Shown piece by piece: positions 1 through 9,356 of a stretch of DNA of 51,542 nucleotides. Every line of letters begins with the position of its first letter. Position 1 is the first letter of the stretch. Origin of the DNA: a virus (Duplodnaviria > Caudoviricetes); IMG/VR virus record IMGVR_UViG_3300017908_000107, positions 1 through 51,542 of that record; one strand, written 5' to 3'. The position numbers and the translations under genes are program-made. Under the pieces are notes generated by a model. The model did no database searches and had not been told where the DNA came from. It worked only from the letters and a program-made list of their open reading frames with translations.

Positions 1-1845
1 ATTTCATACGAGGTAATTCAAAATAAGAAATTTAAGTTTGTTGTATTCTTCATGAATATCGACCTAGATGATTTATGGGCAGACAACACTCTAACTAGAA
101 AATTACTATATGAATTAAACCACTCACTTGTTTGGAAAGGTGAAGAGCAAACATTCGCTTTCTCAGATATTAAGTTAGATGGTTCAATGGACTTAATCGG
201 TATTAACTCTACTAATCCAGCTGCTGCTAATTATCTAGAGGTAAATGGTTTAGTACACGGCGATGATTCTTTACCTCAGTTCTTAGAGCAAATCAACAAG
301 AATGAAGATGACGAGTTTGGTAAAATTGAAATTAAGGTTAACACATGGTTTGGCCCTAGAGTTTATCAAATGAAATTAGCTCTTGTTGATGGTCAAGATA
401 AATTAAAACTAGCTGAACCTCCTAGAGATGTAACTTCAGTTAGTTATGATAATGCTCCTGCTGCTGATTTCAGTAATATGCCTTATTCTTTCCAGTACAA
501 CGCTGAGTACACTTACTTAAACGGTGGTGTAAATGCATACAAATCTATTTTGGATAGCTTAGCGGCTAAAGAAGTGGCAGAGATGTTATTAAGACAACCT
601 AATAATGTTACTTATACAACTATCGATACAGATGGTACTTCTAGCAATAATAAATTTATTATCTTACTAGAAGATGGTACTGAAGTTGTAAAAGAATCTT
701 ATATAGTTACAGTTGAAGATGATGATAAACCTGAGTCGTTTAAATTATTCTCTGGTAATATCGGTTTTGATTTAGCACAAGGTTTAACTTACTATCCATT
801 CTTAATTAGACATAATGCACAGTACACAGTAGATACTAGACCTGTAATTACATTTACAGATGTTTATACTCACATGAAGACTAACACTCTACAGAGTACT
901 GCAAATACTGGTGAGTTATTATTAGAAGAACAAATGTATAAGCACTCGCTAAGTGATGTTGATGAAATTAATTTAGCTAGAGATTACTACAAGAGGTATA
1001 ATAGATGTGGTACTGCTCTAAACTTAGGTTTCATCTATGATGGTGGTGCTCACGATTTAGGATGGGGTTATATTAGAAATCACTTCTACAGAAAAGTAAA
1101 TGAATTTAATGCAAGTGGTGTAACTAAATTATCTGCAACATCAGATAAACCACCACTATATCCACTAATCGGTGAGATTGCAATAGATAAAAAAGACGTA
1201 CATACGTTTAAGTCTTCTTGGGATAAAAACTACTACACAAGATCTTTATCTGGTGGTGGTTCAGAACAAGTACCTGGTACTTTCGATACTAAAGAAGAAA
1301 AGTCTTACCTATCTTCTACAATTATGAAGATAAAAGACAGCTACACGTTGTTGAACTTCTCTGTCGCTACTGTTGAGTCAGAAGAAGAACAAGAACAAAT
1401 ACTAATAGATTCTACTAATCAATCAGATGTTGTATTATTTGAAGACAAGAACAGAATTGTAATGGACTTCTATATTACGACAACAATTAGAAAAGCTCTA
1501 GCAACAGACGGTGTTTTAGCAACTATTCAAGAATATGTAGCAGTTGCTGATTCCGCGGAAGATAAAACTACTCTGAAAGATGATGCTGAGCTTTACATTG
1601 ATGAAAACTTAGTAAATCTATTTGGAATAAATCAAATAAAACTATTCACTCGAAGAATTAAGGGCCAAGCTTCTAGCTTAGAGACTGCGGCTACAATTGA
1701 TGCTTTAGATGATGGAGGCTTTGTACAAGATCAAAACTTTTCTTTTAGAGCTCATGAACAAAAGCCCCTTAATTTTAGATTGATATATAATAAAAGATTA
1801 GGTTATTCTTATAGAATTAAGCCTATGATAAAAATAACGTCGTAA
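1..1845 (+). CDS. C-terminal part of a large virion structural (tail/baseplate region) protein; 5' end lies outside the window
   Basis: Frame is open from base 1 through ATG 52 to TAA 1845; followed by a tail-fibre-like gene; no catalytic motif recognised. Confidence 0.55.
   Translation: MSYEVIQNKKFKFVVFFMNIDLDDLWADNTLTRKLLYELNHSLVWKGEEQTFAFSDIKLDGSMDLIGINSTNPAAANYLEVNGLVHGDDSLPQFLEQINKNEDDEFGKIEIKVNTWFGPRVYQMKLALVDGQDKLKLAEPPRDVTSVSYDNAPAADFSNMPYSFQYNAEYTYLNGGVNAYKSILDSLAAKEVAEMLLRQPNNVTYTTIDTDGTSSNNKFIILLEDGTEVVKESYIVTVEDDDKPESFKLFSGNIGFDLAQGLTYYPFLIRHNAQYTVDTRPVITFTDVYTHMKTNTLQSTANTGELLLEEQMYKHSLSDVDEINLARDYYKRYNRCGTALNLGFIYDGGAHDLGWGYIRNHFYRKVNEFNASGVTKLSATSDKPPLYPLIGEIAIDKKDVHTFKSSWDKNYYTRSLSGGGSEQVPGTFDTKEEKSYLSSTIMKIKDSYTLLNFSVATVESEEEQEQILIDSTNQSDVVLFEDKNRIVMDFYITTTIRKALATDGVLATIQEYVAVADSAEDKTTLKDDAELYIDENLVNLFGINQIKLFTRRIKGQASSLETAATIDALDDGGFVQDQNFSFRAHEQKPLNFRLIYNKRLGYSYRIKPMIKITS
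1782..1790 (+). promoter_or_regulatory. Putative late promoter (GATATATAA)
   Basis: Same octamer found just upstream of many structural genes; lies ~60 nt before the 1848 start. Confidence 0.5.
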
Positions 1846-1847
1846 GG

Positions 1848-4013
1848 ATGGCTATCAATATACAAGAAATACTACACCCTAGTGACTCTGATGCTATTAA
1901 GTTTGAGAAGATAAACTATAATTTCGACCAGATCGTTGCAAACGGTGGTGGACCTACTGGACAAAAAGGTGCATTGGGTCAACAAGGTGCGGCTGGACCA
2001 CAAGGACAAAAAGGTATCAAGGGTGATACTGGTTCTAAGGGTGAAACAGGCGCAACTACTTCTCGTTGGAAAGTTATTGCTTCTAATTCTGGTGAATATG
2101 ACATTCTAAAGCCGAAGTTGGAGGGGGATGTATATCATCCAACTGTATTTTTAGGTGACCAGACTTTCGATGAAGTACAAAACCTAGATGGTTTTAATAA
2201 TTTTTCATCTACACTAACATTAGGTAAACATGCTGCAGGTGGTAACGCACCATCTGACATTTATCTAGCATTTTATCATGGAGACGTTGATGGCTTAGGT
2301 AGCTCGGCGTTAGATGTACAATCACAAGAATACAGTGCATTAAGTGATGAAATCGGAAGTGGTGTAAGATACAAGATTGGACCTTCATTTAATAATCCAC
2401 AAGCTGTAGATACTCAGATTATGATTGATGCAGATCAGTTTAAAGTGGGTGAAGGTACAAGAATGAGCTTTCAAGGTTCAAACTCAGTTTTTAAATTACC
2501 AACAAGTTCAATTACAGCAACAGAGGCTGGTTTATTACGTTGGACTGGAAGTGTAGCACAAGTGTCTGTAGAATCTGCAGTTGCTGGTGTTTTCGAATGG
2601 AAAGAAATTTGTTTAGCACCATGTGGTCAAGGTGGAGCTGCTTATACAATTGAGATTCTTCCAGCAGGTGACTTAAACTTGAATGCAGCTGGTGGTTTAG
2701 CCGCTAATTCAATCTCAATGACTGATAACGCTGATGTAACGTTCGATGCGAACGGTGATATTTATGCAGGTACTCCAGAATTTACAGGAGCAATGGCTAA
2801 CTTTAGTGTACCAGATGGTACGGTAGGAGATTCAGTAATTGCATCTGCGACAGTTAGTTTAGGTACAATTCAGTCAGTTAGCCCTGCCACATATCAATCT
2901 GGTTCTAATACTTATACAGGTACAATTACAGTTCCTGCGAGTGGTTATAGTAACTCAGGTCTGACTGTTACGGCGACTGATGATGCAACTGGAACTGCAA
3001 CAACTACAACGACGACAACTACGACGACTACAACTACGACGACTACAACAACAGAAGCTCCCATATATACAGTTACAATTACAGCAAATAGTACGATAGG
3101 AAACGCGGACATCTATAATGTTGCAACTGGAGGTTCTCCAAATAATGTAATAACAAGAACTGGAGTTGCTGGTGCTAGTATTGCTGATGCATTCTATGTT
3201 GAAGCACAATCTGGGTATAACATTAGCCCATCTCAAGTTAGTATCGGTTCATGGGGAGGCGGTGGCTCTAACACCTATGTTGACCCTAACGTGAACTCAG
3301 CTGGTAGAGTTGTTGTCGGATGGAACGATACAATAGATCCAAATAACTTGAATTTCTCAATAGGAATTGATGGTAGCGTAAGTCAACTTACTTACACTGC
3401 TCAAGTTGCGGAAACAGACTCATGGAGTACAATCTGTAATGAAACGTCTGCAAATCAAACATTTACATATCCACAAGGAGAAGGTGGAGCAAACTTCCAG
3501 AACTACTTCGCTAATAACTACAGTGTAAATGGTAATACAGGCGCTATGAAAATAATTAGTTCTAACGAACCTAATTTCGCTTGGAGTGGTTGGGCAATTG
3601 GCTTGAACGATAATAACGAGCCACAATCAGGACAAGGTTGGACTAACTGTGGTAGCCAATCAGGTTCTTCAGTAACAATCTCAGGAGAAGAATGGATCTA
3701 CGTAGTGGGTGGAGCTGAAGATTATACAGCATCAGTTACTAACGTTTACGGGTCTGGAGGTTACGGCACAAACCCAACATTCCAATGGGCACTTACTGGA
3801 ATTAATGCTAACAAATTCGCTTTAACTAACTCAACATCACAAGTCTGTACAATAGAATATATTGGTACTGGTGACTGTAGTGGTGGAGGACATGTTGCTA
3901 CTCTGAATGTGACTGTATCAGGGTATAATTTACAAGGGCAATCAATTTCTCCAGTAGCAGATACAATGCCAATAAATGGATGTGATGACACATCTGAAAG
4001 TGGATCGTCATAA
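1848..4013 (+). CDS. Tail fibre/appendage-like protein with collagen-like G-X-Y repeat and poly-Thr linker
   Basis: N-terminal KINYNFDQ motif then GPTGQKGALGQQGAAGPQGQKGIKGDTGSKGETG; G/S/T/N-rich beta-type domains; 18-Thr tract. Confidence 0.7.
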   Translation: MAINIQEILHPSDSDAIKFEKINYNFDQIVANGGGPTGQKGALGQQGAAGPQGQKGIKGDTGSKGETGATTSRWKVIASNSGEYDILKPKLEGDVYHPTVFLGDQTFDEVQNLDGFNNFSSTLTLGKHAAGGNAPSDIYLAFYHGDVDGLGSSALDVQSQEYSALSDEIGSGVRYKIGPSFNNPQAVDTQIMIDADQFKVGEGTRMSFQGSNSVFKLPTSSITATEAGLLRWTGSVAQVSVESAVAGVFEWKEICLAPCGQGGAAYTIEILPAGDLNLNAAGGLAANSISMTDNADVTFDANGDIYAGTPEFTGAMANFSVPDGTVGDSVIASATVSLGTIQSVSPATYQSGSNTYTGTITVPASGYSNSGLTVTATDDATGTATTTTTTTTTTTTTTTTTTEAPIYTVTITANSTIGNADIYNVATGGSPNNVITRTGVAGASIADAFYVEAQSGYNISPSQVSIGSWGGGGSNTYVDPNVNSAGRVVVGWNDTIDPNNLNFSIGIDGSVSQLTYTAQVAETDSWSTICNETSANQTFTYPQGEGGANFQNYFANNYSVNGNTGAMKIISSNEPNFAWSGWAIGLNDNNEPQSGQGWTNCGSQSGSSVTISGEEWIYVVGGAEDYTASVTNVYGSGGYGTNPTFQWALTGINANKFALTNSTSQVCTIEYIGTGDCSGGGHVATLNVTVSGYNLQGQSISPVADTMPINGCDDTSESGSS
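3000..3053 (+). repeat. ACN codon repeat encoding 18 consecutive threonines
   Basis: acaactacaacgacgacaactacgacgactacaactacgacgactacaacaaca, in frame within 1848..4013. Confidence 0.9.
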
Positions 4014-4029
4014 AAAATAAAAGACTAAC

Positions 4030-4626
4030 ATGGCTTACGAATTAAAAATAGGACCAAACGTTTCAACTACAGATTACACTGACTTTAGAAGACCGTGTAC
4101 TCCTGCCAAGCTTAAAGCATGGTGGGAAGCAGTGAAGCAGAATATCCCTAACTATACCAACTATAATTGGCATCTTGTTGGTGGTATGGCTAACGGTGGA
4201 CAACATGCAAAGGATGCGGATGTAGTAATAACACCACTATCTGGTGAGGTTTATGATGCTAGTGAGTTAGCTGATTTACAGTCTATATTAGTGAGCGCTG
4301 TACAATTAGCATTAGATAATAAGTTCTTCTTAGATCTTAAAGCTACTCCATATCTATGGACAAGTCCTTTAGGTATCGATAGAGATTGGTTTAGATATAC
4401 TTGTTGGGATAGAATTACTATTACTATTGGTGGTGAAGAGGGAGAAGTAAAAGATATATTTAAGAAAAATGATTGTACTGTAGAGAAACAAGGCGAGTTA
4501 GATCTATGGAAAATTACATGGACAAATGATACTGGAAATACTATTTTCCCATTTGGTTCAGACGATAAAGCGAAAACGTATACTGTTGCTTCAATAGGTG
4601 TTGAAGAATGGTGTAACGCTAATTAA
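4030..4626 (+). CDS. Putative Pol-beta-superfamily (minimal) nucleotidyltransferase
   Basis: hGG-x8-DxD signature: WHLVGGMANGGQHAKDADVVI, with a later FFLDLK strand supplying a third acidic residue. Confidence 0.55.
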   Translation: MAYELKIGPNVSTTDYTDFRRPCTPAKLKAWWEAVKQNIPNYTNYNWHLVGGMANGGQHAKDADVVITPLSGEVYDASELADLQSILVSAVQLALDNKFFLDLKATPYLWTSPLGIDRDWFRYTCWDRITITIGGEEGEVKDIFKKNDCTVEKQGELDLWKITWTNDTGNTIFPFGSDDKAKTYTVASIGVEEWCNAN

Positions 4627-4632
4627 TAAATT

Positions 4633-5442
4633 ATGAAAGACAAGATAAAAAACATACTCTCGAACAAGACTCTAGTAACTTTTATTGCTGGAGCTCTTTT
4701 CGTTATGCTCTTTCTTAGACAATGTAATCAGATTTCTAATCTTAAACAAGATGTGAAATTTGCACAAGAGGACGCTGACAGAAGTTTAAATAACTATAAG
4801 GCAGCACAAGACTCTGTTAAAATACTAAGAAATGAGAATGGCGATCAGCTAGCTGAGATTAGATCTTTTGAATTTGATCTATCACAACTTGAAGAGAGTC
4901 AGGCAAATTTAACAAAGAAATACCAAAAGGCTCTCGAGTTAAATAAGGATTTAAAAGAGGTTAACTCTTTAATTTCTGCAGAATTAGAGATTAAAGATAG
5001 CCTAGACGTAACGACGAACACAGCGGCGATAGATTCTGTTACTACTAAAATCAACTTCAATTCTGAAAAAGATTTCGGTAATGGTAACTCTAGAATTTTA
5101 TCTGGGTTCTCGACGGTAAAATATGACTTTGGACAATTCCAAGTCTTAAACACACAATTTGAATTAAAACAAACACTAAGCTTGATGGCTGCAATTGAAG
5201 AAGGCGAAGATGGAGCAGACAGACTTAAATTATCTACTTCATATCCAGGTTTAGTGATTAAGGATATTGAAAATATAAATTTAGTCAATACTAGATTAAA
5301 CAGACAAGCTGAGAAGAAATCAAGATGGTTAATCGGCTTTGGTGTTGGATATGGTGTTAACTTAAATAATAATCAGGTAATTAGTACCGGGCCTTCAATT
5401 GGTTTGGGATTATACTGGTCACCTAAATTTTTACAATTTTAA
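4633..5442 (+). CDS. Membrane-anchored coiled-coil protein with C-terminal amphipathic beta-hairpin (possible spanin-like lysis protein)
   Basis: N-terminal hydrophobic helix LVTFIAGALFVMLFL, coiled coil, C-terminal WLIGFGVGYGV...PSIGLGLYWSPKFLQF. Confidence 0.45.
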   Translation: MKDKIKNILSNKTLVTFIAGALFVMLFLRQCNQISNLKQDVKFAQEDADRSLNNYKAAQDSVKILRNENGDQLAEIRSFEFDLSQLEESQANLTKKYQKALELNKDLKEVNSLISAELEIKDSLDVTTNTAAIDSVTTKINFNSEKDFGNGNSRILSGFSTVKYDFGQFQVLNTQFELKQTLSLMAAIEEGEDGADRLKLSTSYPGLVIKDIENINLVNTRLNRQAEKKSRWLIGFGVGYGVNLNNNQVISTGPSIGLGLYWSPKFLQF

Positions 5443-5445
5443 AAC

Positions 5446-7515
5446 ATGGCGCAATCATCAAGATACTATAAGATAGACCAGGACATTCTACTTGAGTTTA
5501 TCTACCATGACCAAGGCGATCCAGAGAAGTATCGTATTGAGGTAGATGATAATGGTAGTGAAGTAATGTTCTTGGACACAGTGGACCAAGATCCCTCTAA
5601 GACTAGACATTTAATTAATGAGCTAGGTTCTGCAGTAGTGAATTTTGATGTAACCTCTGTATCTGGTTATTTAGCAGTAGAAAACTTTGCTGCTAGAACT
5701 CTATTATTACAGAATGGTAAGACATATAAGTTTGACTTAAGTGCTCTTACTAATCCAGCTGATTTTGCAATTAGTGGTAATCTAGGTATTTACTCTTACT
5801 CACCAACAACACAAATAGGTGAATTTACTCCTAATCAAAATGGTACGGCAAATTACTCTTACCCTGGTCTAATCGGTGGTAAAGCTGTAATTGACTCTAG
5901 AGCTAATCCTCTGTTTGCTTCTCCAGATGAAGCAACTGGAAATGATATTAATCAGACAATCGGTAGATACCATGCAGTCAATGTACCTGGTGATGATGCA
6001 ACTAAATATGCACTACTAGGTTATGACTCAACTGGTAACTACGAGATGCATAACTTTATTAATAATTCAACAGAGTGGCCAGGCGGTAATGAAGCAGATC
6101 TTTTAAACTATCAGACTGAGGCAACTCAGAATGTTAACTTCATTCTATATGATACGGTAAGATTACACTTGAGATCTGGTTTTAGCTTCGCGGCAAGAAA
6201 TTACGAGGGCTTCTTATTTGAAGTACTAGCAGATAGAGCTGATGGTGTCAAAAACTTTTTAACTCAGTTAGTTTATTTAAACCAGAGTAACTATGAGTTC
6301 TCTAACCCTAAGCCGTTTATCTTAGGTGAGACCCTTTGGTCTAAATATATTAACATTAAGATTCCTAGTTTAGTTGGACAGAATGCAGAGTTCTCAGATA
6401 GATTCTATGGAGATGGAACTGCAGGTTCAAGTAACCTAGACCCATTCTCTAATTATGGAATTAGATTCAAACTCTTAGATAGACTAGAAACTATTAATGG
6501 TTTCGACTTTGTTTACACTGGAGAAGAGAATGTATTTACAGTTCCTAGAGAGGATGAGTTTGTAGATTTCACAGTCTCAGTAGAGAATGCAACAGATGGA
6601 GATTACTTTAAGATTTTCGGAGAGAAAGATAATTCTATCGCAGCATTCGAGGGACATATACTAAATAGAATACAGACTTCGCAAGATGATATTGTAGTTA
6701 TCTATGACGTTGAGGTGTTTGAGCAAGTTGGTACTTCGTTTATTAAAACAGGTGGAACAACATTTACTCAGTATGAAGACTTTAGTACTCCATTAGTTTT
6801 CAGACCAGTAATTCAAAATGCTAATGTAGCAGTAAACTTCTCAATAGACGTAACTATGAGAATTTACAATCAAACAGATAATACACAGATTGTAAAGAAA
6901 GCAGCACTAACTGTGGCTGAAGCTTCTAAATACGGTAAGAGATTATCAGCACTTAAGATTGATAATCCGAATATCATGACAGAAGTCTATAATATATTGC
7001 CAAGTCTTTCTTCTAACAAAACAATCTCTGGTTTTATCACAGATAACTTACCACGTTCAGTTAAATTTGTACCTGCATTTATTGAGAGACATAATGTAAT
7101 TGCTTCATCAGCAAAAGTAGAACTTACAGGAGCTGGTAATAACGACATCATAAAAGAGGTTGAAGAATTTGACACTACTGAATTTGTCAACGAGGGTGAT
7201 TTAAGTATTACAATCCCTCCATTCTCAACTTATATTAAATTTGTAATCGCTAAGAAAAGAGGTGATGATTTCGAATTAGTGTCTTTTGAAAATGCAGAAT
7301 TAGTTATCTTAACTTTCAATGATGGTAAAACTAAATTGAAGTTTAACCATGTCTACAATAAAGAAATAGATATGGGTAAAGGTGAAGTCTTGTTTAAAAT
7401 TAACGAACAGAATGCTAGTACTATTAGAGGTATGGCAAACAAAGATTTTTACATCAGCGTAGATAACGGTACTGATGAGTCAATGGTTACTAAAGGTAAA
7501 TTCACTCTTGGATAA
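5446..7515 (+). CDS. Hypothetical virion structural protein (689 aa)
   Basis: Long beta-rich ORF coupled to the next gene (TAATG overlap) in the tail region. Confidence 0.5.
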   Translation: MAQSSRYYKIDQDILLEFIYHDQGDPEKYRIEVDDNGSEVMFLDTVDQDPSKTRHLINELGSAVVNFDVTSVSGYLAVENFAARTLLLQNGKTYKFDLSALTNPADFAISGNLGIYSYSPTTQIGEFTPNQNGTANYSYPGLIGGKAVIDSRANPLFASPDEATGNDINQTIGRYHAVNVPGDDATKYALLGYDSTGNYEMHNFINNSTEWPGGNEADLLNYQTEATQNVNFILYDTVRLHLRSGFSFAARNYEGFLFEVLADRADGVKNFLTQLVYLNQSNYEFSNPKPFILGETLWSKYINIKIPSLVGQNAEFSDRFYGDGTAGSSNLDPFSNYGIRFKLLDRLETINGFDFVYTGEENVFTVPREDEFVDFTVSVENATDGDYFKIFGEKDNSIAAFEGHILNRIQTSQDDIVVIYDVEVFEQVGTSFIKTGGTTFTQYEDFSTPLVFRPVIQNANVAVNFSIDVTMRIYNQTDNTQIVKKAALTVAEASKYGKRLSALKIDNPNIMTEVYNILPSLSSNKTISGFITDNLPRSVKFVPAFIERHNVIASSAKVELTGAGNNDIIKEVEEFDTTEFVNEGDLSITIPPFSTYIKFVIAKKRGDDFELVSFENAELVILTFNDGKTKLKFNHVYNKEIDMGKGEVLFKINEQNASTIRGMANKDFYISVDNGTDESMVTKGKFTLG

Positions 7516-8066
7516 TGATTTTAAATAGCAGAAATAATTCATACGATTTTAGATTCCCTAGAGGTTTTATCCCTGAGGAAGTAGCTGAGAAATACAAGAA
7601 GTATTTGAACAAAGTACCTGGTGGTCTACTAGCAGAACCTATTGATTTTGTTAACTACTCAATCCAGGGTATAAGTATTCCAGGTATAAGTTTCGATCCA
7701 GTTACTCAAGCAGATAATGATGGAACAACCAGGTATCATAGAGGTGCAGTGCCAATCCAAAATACAATTCAAAGAGAATTTACAGTAACGATGCAACTAC
7801 TAGATGGTTTCATTAATTATTGGATTATGATGGACACTCTACTCTACTACTATGCTAGAACTACTAAACAACCTTATATTGAACCTATGACTCTAAGAAT
7901 TCTAGATGCTGAAGGTTCATCGGTTGCTATGATGCAGTTCGAGAAAATAATTATGAATTCTCTTAATGAGTTAAATCTTAATATGGCAGAGAATGTCGCT
8001 GACTTCGCTACTTTTGAAGTTAACTTCTTCTATAATAAGATGAACTTAAGAATGGAAATAGATTAA
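7515..8066 (+). CDS. Tail tube-like / tail completion protein (T4 gp3/gp19-like fold)
   Basis: Size and pattern YSIQGISIPGISF...EFTVTMQLLDGFINYW...FEVNFFYN resemble T4-like tube-family proteins. Confidence 0.5.
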   Translation: MILNSRNNSYDFRFPRGFIPEEVAEKYKKYLNKVPGGLLAEPIDFVNYSIQGISIPGISFDPVTQADNDGTTRYHRGAVPIQNTIQREFTVTMQLLDGFINYWIMMDTLLYYYARTTKQPYIEPMTLRILDAEGSSVAMMQFEKIIMNSLNELNLNMAENVADFATFEVNFFYNKMNLRMEID

Positions 8067-8068
8067 AA

Positions 8069-8076
8069 GATATATA
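8069..8076 (+). promoter_or_regulatory. Putative late promoter (GATATATA)
   Basis: Octamer in the 14-nt intergenic gap immediately before ATG 8081. Confidence 0.6.
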
Positions 8077-8080
8077 CATT

Positions 8081-8449
8081 ATGAAAACATTTAATGAATA
8101 CTTAGTTGAAGCTAAAATCACAGACACAGATATGAAACTCTTACAAGAGGGTTTAGAATCTGAGTGGACTCCTGAATTAGAAGAAAAAGTTGACGCAGCT
8201 TTAGAAGAGTTCGTAAAGCAATATCAAAAAGAAGATGGTTCTTTCGATCTAGATAGACTTGAAGAAGATATAGTAAATGAAGGTCTTCTAGGTTCTATTA
8301 TCGGTGGTTTAACTGGTTTCGCACTAGGAAAATCTATGGGTAAGATGGTTGCTAAAGTACTTGGTATTCAGAAAGGTATCTTCTACGATTTATTAACTTC
8401 CCGTTTAGTTGGCGCTGCTCTAGGTGCTGCAATGGGTAAAAGAATCTAA
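8081..8449 (+). CDS. Putative internal head protein with capsid-targeting-like N-terminus and glycine-rich hydrophobic C-terminus
   Basis: Starts MKTFNEYLVEA (compare T4 IPIII MKTYQEFIAE); IVNE followed by GLLGSIIGGLTGFALG. Confidence 0.55.
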   Translation: MKTFNEYLVEAKITDTDMKLLQEGLESEWTPELEEKVDAALEEFVKQYQKEDGSFDLDRLEEDIVNEGLLGSIIGGLTGFALGKSMGKMVAKVLGIQKGIFYDLLTSRLVGAALGAAMGKRI

Positions 8450-8450
8450 T

Positions 8451-9122
8451 TTGAATTTAGTTACAGTTGACTTCTCGCTTAATTCCCCTGGTATCTGTAT
8501 TTGGACATCTGATAAAAATGAATATCAGTTCATCTCATATCTTAAAGCTGGTACCGGCACAAAAGCCGAACAAAAACGTCAAGAAGAAATTTCCACATTC
8601 TCAGACGTAACCCTATTTCACCAACCAGATTGGAAAACAAAATTTGGTGACTACTCAAAGAACGAGTTCGCAAAAATCAAGAGATACAGAGAGATGGCTT
8701 CAGACATTATCTCTGAAATAGTCAATATAATCGGCTCAACAAAAGATTATTACATTGCTTTCGAGGGCTCATCTTACGGTTCAAAGATGGGAACAAATAA
8801 CATTATCGACATGGCAGCAGGCGCTGCAATCTTAAAGCATCAAATGATGGAAATGCTATGTGTCGAAGATATTCTAACTGTTGCTCCTACTACAATTAAG
8901 AAACATGCCGGAAAAGGTAATATGAATAAAGCCGCACTTTGGACTGCTTTCCTAAACAATGTTTGCGAATCTCCTGAGTTAGCTAAGACTCCGCTATATA
9001 AGTATTGTGTTTCTGAAATTGGCGAGGTGAAAAAAGTTCCGAAGCCTTTTGATGACCTAGTTGACGCTTGGTTCCTTAACCATTATCTTCGCTCTCAACT
9101 CGAGGGAAAATTGCCAAACTGA
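8451..9122 (+). CDS. RuvC-like (RNase H fold) nuclease / Holliday junction resolvase; likely TTG start at 8451
   Basis: VTVDFSLNSPG, IAFEGSSYG, PTTIKKHAGKGNMNK, DDLVDAWF acidic motifs typical of RuvC-like enzymes. Confidence 0.7.
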   Translation: MNLVTVDFSLNSPGICIWTSDKNEYQFISYLKAGTGTKAEQKRQEEISTFSDVTLFHQPDWKTKFGDYSKNEFAKIKRYREMASDIISEIVNIIGSTKDYYIAFEGSSYGSKMGTNNIIDMAAGAAILKHQMMEMLCVEDILTVAPTTIKKHAGKGNMNKAALWTAFLNNVCESPELAKTPLYKYCVSEIGEVKKVPKPFDDLVDAWFLNHYLRSQLEGKLPN

Positions 9123-9147
9123 CCAAGTCTCTGCTTCAAGCCCCCGG

Positions 9148-9339
9148 CTAACTAATCTTTCCCTGAGGGTTAAAATCATAACTTATATGCGACTTCCCAG
9201 AAACAGTTTCAAATCTGTTCAACTTTTTTTCATTTTTTAGCTCTGACTCGATCTCACGACGCTTCCATTCACGTCTTTCCCATTCCATCTGTTCTCGTTG
9301 TCGGGATTGTGTTTCCCAAGGTCTGTGGTCCCATGACAT
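9148..9339 (-). CDS. Hypothetical protein (63 aa), last gene of leftward early operon
   Basis: ORF with AGAGGAGG upstream on the minus strand; charged, Trp-containing. Confidence 0.5.
   Translation of the reverse strand: MSWDHRPWETQSRQREQMEWERREWKRREIESELKNEKKLNRFETVSGKSHISYDFNPQGKIS
9183..9210 (-). promoter_or_regulatory. Putative middle promoter GAAAC-N18-TATAA pointing leftwards
   Basis: Minus strand reads tGAAACtgtttctgggaagtcgcaTATAAg, matching the motif seen before replication genes. Confidence 0.45.
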
Positions 9340-9356
9340 AGGGCACCTCCTCTGAT

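Noticed and set aside
8424-8450. Track start for the RuvC-like ORF at 8424
   Set aside because: Overlaps the upstream gene; TTG at 8451 right after its stop places the first catalytic Asp near the N-terminus as expected
8451-9122. RuvC domain as Cas12/TnpB or transposase
   Set aside because: Only about 220 aa, no zinc ribbon or REC region, no flanking element ends or array; fits a standalone resolvase
9057-9179. 40-codon minus-strand ORF MILTLRERLVSRG...
   Set aside because: ATG is only 3 nt from the TATAA box and the ORF overlaps two other genes; an ncRNA reading is preferred, though not excluded
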